Part shown: positions 58,380 through 64,000 of the stretch, one piece after another
Layout: every line of letters begins with the position of its first letter
How positions within the stretch are numbered: the first letter of the stretch is position 1
DNA from: Candidatus Poribacteria bacterium
GTDB lineage: Bacteria > Poribacteria > WGA-4E > PCPOR2b
Direction of reading: 5' to 3'
NCBI GenBank assembly: GCA_965208675.1
Contig: OZ242351.1
Span: 4,448,001 to 4,512,000 of the forward strand
DNA length: 64,000 nt
Made by a program: the position numbers and the translations under genes
The notes under the pieces: generated by a model
What the model was told of the DNA's origin: nothing
The model's database searches: none
The model's input: only the letters and a program-made list of their open reading frames with translations

Positions 58380-59609
58380 ATGTGGCTAATACTCGTTAAA
58401 TTGGCTTGGAGAAATCTGTTTCGAAATAAACGGCGCACCATCATAGCTTCGATAGCGATTGGTATTGGACTGGCCGCGCTAATCTTTACCGATGCATTGT
58501 GGGTTGGGATGGAGCGGAACATGGTCGAAACTGCCACTGCCTCGTTTCTCGGCGACGGACAGATTCATCGGGCAGGCTTCCGCGAAGCGCAGGCAGCCGA
58601 AATGACTATCAATGAACTTGGAAAAGTGGTGGGCGATCTCTCGCAGGAAGCAATTGTTGGACGTTTCTCACTCCGAACGTTCGCCTTTGGGATGATTACC
58701 TCCGCAGCAAATGTCAGCGCAATTAGCCTTGTGGGGGTCCAACCGCAGACAGAACGGCACTTATCCCAAATTGATGACGCCATCACGGAAGGGGCGTACT
58801 TTGAAGGAGACCAAAACCGCGATATAGTGATTGGTGCGAAGCTGGCGGAACTGCTTGAGGTTACGCTTGGCAATCGGGTAGTCGTTACCTTGGCTCAGTC
58901 GGAGAGCGGCGATTTGTCACAAGAGATGTTTCGGATTTCAGGGATCTACCGTTTTGGGGATGAAGCAATGGAGAGCGGCATGGCGTTTGTAGGCTTGGCG
59001 AAAGCCCAAGAGATGCTTGCCATCGGTTCCGAAGTGCATGAGATTGCTATCAAATTTACGGATACAAAATACGGACAGGATACAGCTTCGACATTTTGGG
59101 AGCGGTATTCCCAGCACGGCAACGAAGCGGTAAGTTGGACGGAAATTTTGCCCCAACTACAAGCCGCATTTGAGATGTCCAAGTACAGCAAATACATCAT
59201 GGGCGTTATCCTCTTTGGTGTTGTTGTGTTTGGGATTATCAACACGCTTTTTATGTCGCTGTATGAGCGGATGTTCGAGTTCGGTGTCTTACGTGCCGTT
59301 GGCACCCGCCCTTTTGGTATGGCGCGACTGATATTGTTTGAAGCCGGAGCGTTAGCAATTGTGAGTATCGTCCTCGGCACTATCCTCGGTATCGCCTTGA
59401 CGTGGATATTCGCGATGGTCGGGATCGATTACACCGGCATTGAAATGATGGGTGTGACGATACGAGACCTCATCTATCCCGTCGTGACGATTCAGCCGTT
59501 CATTTTATATTCCATCTGGGTATTTATCTTCACCATTATCACAGGGCTGTATCCGGCGAGATATGCGGCGAAGATAGCCCCAGCGGCCGCGATGCGAAGG
59601 AGTTTTTGA
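58380..59609 (+). CDS. ABC transporter permease (LolE/MacB-FtsX type)
   Basis: LAWRNLFRNKRRT, NTLFMSLYERMFEFGVLRAVG. Confidence 0.9.
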   Translation: MWLILVKLAWRNLFRNKRRTIIASIAIGIGLAALIFTDALWVGMERNMVETATASFLGDGQIHRAGFREAQAAEMTINELGKVVGDLSQEAIVGRFSLRTFAFGMITSAANVSAISLVGVQPQTERHLSQIDDAITEGAYFEGDQNRDIVIGAKLAELLEVTLGNRVVVTLAQSESGDLSQEMFRISGIYRFGDEAMESGMAFVGLAKAQEMLAIGSEVHEIAIKFTDTKYGQDTASTFWERYSQHGNEAVSWTEILPQLQAAFEMSKYSKYIMGVILFGVVVFGIINTLFMSLYERMFEFGVLRAVGTRPFGMARLILFEAGALAIVSIVLGTILGIALTWIFAMVGIDYTGIEMMGVTIRDLIYPVVTIQPFILYSIWVFIFTIITGLYPARYAAKIAPAAAMRRSF

Positions 59610-59627
59610 CGCGGTGTAATTGCTCGG

Positions 59628-60371
59628 ATGAGAGTTTGGAACAAAATGCACCGCGGAATTCGTTGGGAGCGAAGGTTGACGAATATTGATGTCATTGTCA
59701 CAGAAAGCATTACAAAGGTGTATGCGGAAAATGGTGTGCCTGTCGAAGCCCTTCGGGGCGTGGATTTGACGATTCGGTCGGGCGAGCTCACGGCGTTCGT
59801 GGGACCGTCGGGGTCGGGGAAGACTACGCTTCTCAACATTATTTCCGGGCTGGATGCGCCGACAGCGGGGAAGGTCTGGTTGTCGGGCAAGTTGCTGTCA
59901 GGCATGAGCGGCAATGACTTGTCCGATTTTCGCCGTGACAACATCGGCTTCATCTTTCAGGCATACAACCTTATTCCCGTGCTAACAGTGGAGGAGAACG
60001 TGGAGTACATTATGCTCTTGCAGCGCGTGTCCAAACCGGAGCGGCATAGGCGCGTTGCCGCAATGCTTGCAGAGGTTGGATTAGCGGGATATGCGGATCG
60101 AAACCCGCCGCAGCTCTCAGGCGGACAGCAACAGCGCGTCGCCATTGCACGGGCGATGGTTTCTGAACCTGCGATTATCCTTGCGGATGAGCCGACTGCG
60201 AACCTTGACTCCAAAACAGGTGCAGATCTGCTTGATATGATGAGCCACCTCAATGCGCAGACAAATATGACGTTCGTGTTTTCGACGCACGATCCAATGG
60301 TGATGGAGCGGGCGAGGCGTTTGATAACGCTGAAGGACGGAAAAGTTGAGAGCGACGAGAGCAATGGGTAG
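59628..60371 (+). CDS. ABC transporter ATP-binding protein (LolD-like)
   Basis: GPSGSGKT, LSGGQQQRVAIARA, ADEPTANLD, STHD. Confidence 0.93.
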   Translation: MRVWNKMHRGIRWERRLTNIDVIVTESITKVYAENGVPVEALRGVDLTIRSGELTAFVGPSGSGKTTLLNIISGLDAPTAGKVWLSGKLLSGMSGNDLSDFRRDNIGFIFQAYNLIPVLTVEENVEYIMLLQRVSKPERHRRVAAMLAEVGLAGYADRNPPQLSGGQQQRVAIARAMVSEPAIILADEPTANLDSKTGADLLDMMSHLNAQTNMTFVFSTHDPMVMERARRLITLKDGKVESDESNG

Positions 60372-61602
60372 CTTAGGCATCATCTGCCGAATGTACCTGT
60401 GGTGGACTATGATTTTGCTCTCAACCATCGCCTTTTCCAGTGAAAAATTTCAAATTGGTGGATATTACAAAAACTTTTCCATAGGCTTGGATTCTCGCTT
60501 ACCGGACGAACCAATTATCGGCGCGGTGAACAACCGAGTGCGGTTTAATTGGGCTTATGTTCCCGCCGATGCACTCTCGTTTGACCTCTCTTACGATATC
60601 GGGTCACGTATTCAAGACCCGTCACTGTTTTCTGAACCGCCAATCGAGGGTGCTGCCAATTCACTCCGCTACCGCGTTGTGGATCTTGATTCCGAAATCT
60701 ATCCGGGCGCAATCAACACAGTGGGAAGTTTCGGTCTATTTCAGAACTTAGACCGGGCTTCAATTGCATACAGCGGCGGTTTCGGCGACATCACAATCGG
60801 CCGCCAAGCCATCGCATGGGGGAGTGCGCGGATCGTGAACCCAACGGACGTTCTTGCCCCTTACGCCTACGATCAGCTGGATACGGAGGACCGAATCGGT
60901 GTGGATGCGGTACGGGTACAGATTCCGATTGGCGTGTTGGGAGAGTTTGATACCGGTTATGTTTTCGGGCAGGATGTAGCTTTTGAAAAGAGTGCCTTTT
61001 ACTTTCGGAGCCAGTTGAATGCGGCAGCGACTGATTTCTCAATTTTATTATTGGGGTTTCGTGAACATTTGATGACAGGCTTTGACATAGCGCGGGGTAT
61101 AGGCGGCGCCGGATTCTGGTTTGAAGGTGCTTACGTTTACGCTGACGCGTTCGAAGATGAAAATGGGGAGGAGGAAAACTACCTCCGCGCGTCAATAGGG
61201 TTGGACTACAGTTTCCGCGGGGTGATTTACGGATTCATTGAATATCATTTCAGCGGTGCAGGTGCAGGTAAACCGGCAGATTATCTCGCCAACCTTGCCA
61301 AACCGGCGAACACCGACGGCGCAGTCTACCTCATGGGCAGACACTATATTGTTCCCGGATTGACCTGCCACATAACGCCGCTCATCTCGTTGAGCAGCGT
61401 CGTACTATCGAAAGTCTCTGATCCTTCCGTATTTCCTTCTGTGCAAATTGAATACAATCTCGCACAAGATGTTTATCTCTCGGTTGGCGGATTCATCGGG
61501 ATTGGCAAACGCCCTGTAACTGAGGGGGAAGAATCACAATTCAGATCGGAGTTTGGCGGATATTCTAACGTCTATTTTCTTTCGTTTCGAATTTATTTCT
61601 GA
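60364..61602 (+). CDS. Putative outer-membrane beta-barrel protein
   Basis: Signal peptide, IGRQAIAWG..NPTD motif, amphipathic strands, C-terminal ..FRIYF beta-signal. Confidence 0.7.
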   Translation: MGSLGIICRMYLWWTMILLSTIAFSSEKFQIGGYYKNFSIGLDSRLPDEPIIGAVNNRVRFNWAYVPADALSFDLSYDIGSRIQDPSLFSEPPIEGAANSLRYRVVDLDSEIYPGAINTVGSFGLFQNLDRASIAYSGGFGDITIGRQAIAWGSARIVNPTDVLAPYAYDQLDTEDRIGVDAVRVQIPIGVLGEFDTGYVFGQDVAFEKSAFYFRSQLNAAATDFSILLLGFREHLMTGFDIARGIGGAGFWFEGAYVYADAFEDENGEEENYLRASIGLDYSFRGVIYGFIEYHFSGAGAGKPADYLANLAKPANTDGAVYLMGRHYIVPGLTCHITPLISLSSVVLSKVSDPSVFPSVQIEYNLAQDVYLSVGGFIGIGKRPVTEGEESQFRSEFGGYSNVYFLSFRIYF

Positions 61603-61666
61603 CGATCCGGCGATTTTCAATTTCCGCATCGTCGGATTAATTGCGCGATGCTTATAGAATATTTTC

Positions 61667-61695
61667 TTGCAAAAGGGAATCGAATATGCTATACT
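61667..61695 (+). promoter_or_regulatory. sigma70 promoter of the pyr leader
   Basis: TTGCAA-17 nt-TATACT with extended TG. Confidence 0.55.
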
Positions 61696-61734
61696 TAAAA
61701 CCAGAGTTCAGCTATCGGTAGTTCAACAAATTTT

Positions 61735-61849
61735 CCTTTTTAATCTGATCCGGTGAGGTTGGAAAAGGGTGCAATACGTTTCACGCGATTATATTTATTG
61801 TTCATATTCTATTGTCAGATGACCTCCCTTTATTGAGGGAGGTTTTTTT
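61735..61849 (+). promoter_or_regulatory. PyrR-binding RNA element with attenuator terminator
   Basis: CCTTTTTAATCTGATCCGGTGAGGTTGGAAAAGG resembles the PyrR binding loop (UUUAA..UCC.G.GAGG.U). Downstream hairpin GACCTCCCT..AGGGAGGTT-TTTTT; pyrR lies two genes downstream. Confidence 0.7.
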
Positions 61850-62455
61850 ATGCGCCGGAATACCCGTACGATTATGAATGCACAAGCGGTGTTAGATTTG
61901 GTAGAAGAGATTGGAGTGCTAAAGAATCTTCCGCGTACTGGTTGGCGGTTTCGCGGGATTAAAGACGCCGAGAGTGTCGCAGATCACTGCTATCGCGTAT
62001 CTTTTTTGGCAATGTTGTTGGCTGATGTGTTGGCGCAACAGGGCGTTCAGCTCAACGTTGAAAAGGTGATGCGAATCGCCTTGCTGCACGAAGTCGCCGA
62101 GGCAAGGATTGGCGACGTGCCATTTCCAGCTTTGGAATATATTCCTGAAGATGTCAAAGAGGCCGGCGAAAAAGCCGCATTTCAGTCAATGTTTGAGGGC
62201 TTTGACACGCTCTTACCGAAATACACCGACTTATGGGAGGAGTTTGAGAAAGGCACATCGCTGGAAGGAAAATTAGTGCGGGCGGCAGATAAGCTTGAAC
62301 TGATGATTCAAGTGTTAGAATATGAACAATTGGGTTATCGCTCGCTCGACAAGTTTTGGACGAACGCTTGGAACCTTAGAGGATTTGATGACTATGCCCT
62401 AGTGCGGGAAATCATGGATTTACTTGTCGAAAGAAGACACCAACTGAATGAATAG
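61850..62455 (+). CDS. HD-domain hydrolase (YfbR/HDDC2-like 5'-deoxynucleotidase)
   Basis: LPRTGW, ESVADH, LLHEVAEARIGD, ADKLE. Confidence 0.88.
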   Translation: MRRNTRTIMNAQAVLDLVEEIGVLKNLPRTGWRFRGIKDAESVADHCYRVSFLAMLLADVLAQQGVQLNVEKVMRIALLHEVAEARIGDVPFPALEYIPEDVKEAGEKAAFQSMFEGFDTLLPKYTDLWEEFEKGTSLEGKLVRAADKLELMIQVLEYEQLGYRSLDKFWTNAWNLRGFDDYALVREIMDLLVERRHQLNE

Positions 62456-62587
62456 AGAAGAATCAACCGACGGAACAGGAACCGCTATAGTCTCCAAGTA
62501 ATCAATAGCCTTATGAGAAATAAAACCCCTTTTTTTTGCCGAGAGATTGAACTGTGACGTTTGATTCTGGGAAGAGGTGTAATCAAA

Positions 62588-63133
62588 ATGCACGAAAAAA
62601 CACAGGTTATGACATTCGAGGATATTCGACGTGCGTTAACCCGAATTTCACATGAGATTTTGGAACACAATCATCGAGACATTGACGATCTTGCGCTGAT
62701 AGGGATTAAGAGCCGTGGAGATTACCTTGCCCACCGCATTGCGAAAAACTTGGAAACTATTGAAAATATTGAAGTCCCCGTGGGCGTAGTTGACGTGCGA
62801 TTGTATCGAGATGATGTCAATCTGTACGAAGAAGAGATAAAAATTAACCGGACGGACATCCCATTTAGCGTTGAAGGTAAATGCGTGATTCTAGTAGATG
62901 AAGTTATCTACACCGGACGCACAATCCGGGCCGCGATGGATGCCGTCATGGATTTTGGACGTCCTGGGGCAATTCGACTTGCAGTGCTCATAGATAGGGG
63001 ACATCGTGAGCTGCCAATCTCCGCGAATTATGTTGGCAAAAATATCCCGACTTCGCGAAAGGAAATTGTGCGTGTCCAATTGGTCGAAGAGCACGGGTCG
63101 GATCGAGCGGCGATTTATGAGGGCGGCGAATGA
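62588..63133 (+). CDS. pyrR: Pyrimidine operon regulatory protein / uracil phosphoribosyltransferase
   Basis: IRRALTRISHEILE, LYRDD, TGRTIRAAMDA, DRGHRELPI. Confidence 0.95.
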   Translation: MHEKTQVMTFEDIRRALTRISHEILEHNHRDIDDLALIGIKSRGDYLAHRIAKNLETIENIEVPVGVVDVRLYRDDVNLYEEEIKINRTDIPFSVEGKCVILVDEVIYTGRTIRAAMDAVMDFGRPGAIRLAVLIDRGHRELPISANYVGKNIPTSRKEIVRVQLVEEHGSDRAAIYEGGE

Positions 63134-64000
63134 ATCGGATTCTCATCGGCAACGGACACATCGTTGATCCCGCCAATCAGGTTGATTCGATTCAAGATTT
63201 ACTCATCTGCGGCGGAAAAATCGCCCAAATTGGGGAACGAATTGGAGTTGAAGCGGATAGAATTGTAGATGCGAGGGGATTGATTGTTGCACCGGGATTG
63301 ATTGACATGCATGTCCATCTGCGCGAACCCGGATTCGAACACAAAGAAACCATCAAATCGGGCACCCGTGCAGCTGCCGCGGGTGGATTTACATCGGTTG
63401 CCTGTATGGCGAATACGCAACCGGTTGCCGATTCCCCGGACGTCATTCGATTTATCCGGTCGCAAGCGGAGAAAAGCGGTGTTGCTAAAGTGTTGCCCAT
63501 CGGCAGCATCACAAAAAACCTCGCGGGCGAAGTTGTTACCGATGTTCCTGCACTGTTAGAAGCCGGAGCGGTTGCATTGTCCGATGACGGCAAAACCGTC
63601 ATGAACGCCGCGCATATGCGCGAGGTGCTAACCTGGAGCGCGCAACGCGGCTTTCCCGTTGCGGTCCATTGCGAAGAACACAATCTGAACGCGGGAACAG
63701 TGATGAACCTCGGTGAAACCTCTCACAAGCTGAATCTAGCCGGCAGTCCCAACGTAGCAGAAGACATTATAGCCGCCCGTGACATTATGCTTGCCGAGTT
63801 AACAGGCGGCCGCCTCCACGTTTTACACGTCAGCACGGCTGGAACTGTCGAGCTGGTTCGGTGGGGAAAGCGCAGGGGCGTCCATGTGACAGCCGAAGCC
63901 ACACCGCACCATTTCACGCTCACCGAAGCCGCTGTCGAAGAGCACGGTGCAAACGCAAAAATGCACCCGCCCTTGCGAACCGAGGCTGACGTTCGCGCAG
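63130..64000 (+). CDS. pyrC: Dihydroorotase (type I), runs off window end
   Basis: Not in the ORF track because it is truncated. From ATG 63130: PGLIDMHVHLREPG, AAAAGGFT, HCEE, AEATPHH, KMHPPLR. Confidence 0.95.
   Translation, partial: MNRILIGNGHIVDPANQVDSIQDLLICGGKIAQIGERIGVEADRIVDARGLIVAPGLIDMHVHLREPGFEHKETIKSGTRAAAAGGFTSVACMANTQPVADSPDVIRFIRSQAEKSGVAKVLPIGSITKNLAGEVVTDVPALLEAGAVALSDDGKTVMNAAHMREVLTWSAQRGFPVAVHCEEHNLNAGTVMNLGETSHKLNLAGSPNVAEDIIAARDIMLAELTGGRLHVLHVSTAGTVELVRWGKRRGVHVTAEATPHHFTLTEAAVEEHGANAKMHPPLRTEADVRA

Overview
Bacterial chromosomal window of about 50% GC, mostly housekeeping genes with several accessory pockets. Gene style (many TPR, VWA and SPFH proteins, near-consensus sigma70 promoters, a T-box in a lineage with outer-membrane machinery) suggests a lineage such as Candidatus Poribacteria, but that is only an inference. 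In order: 5' part of gltB; a beta/gamma-crystallin + hendecad-repeat flotillin + Cys-rich protein cluster; an 11-subunit complex I operon (nuoABCDHIJKLMN, no nuoEFG, with a domain inserted in NuoI); tRNA-Gln and tRNA-Glu; a lipoprotein, RecQ and a J-domain/TPR protein; DUF815-rqcH-STAS-ELM1; argF, a second J-protein and sodA; T-box-ilvBNC; Ogg, a ZapB-like protein, GT4, SurA-like and DoxX; a PRTase-DprA pair (ShosTA-like) and a sigma54-driven VWA gene bracketed by composite GTAG-type REP elements; a TatT-TRAP transporter; MATE, methyltransferase and M10-TPR protease; two dehydrogenases; a LolA-like/ABC/outer-membrane-barrel operon; and a PyrR attenuator leading HD-hydrolase-pyrR-pyrC (no pyrB). 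The strongest novelty candidates are the crystallin-flotillin locus, the REP-bracketed PRTase-DprA cassette with its split REP elements, and the NuoI insertion. All calls come from motif recognition by eye; no searches were run.
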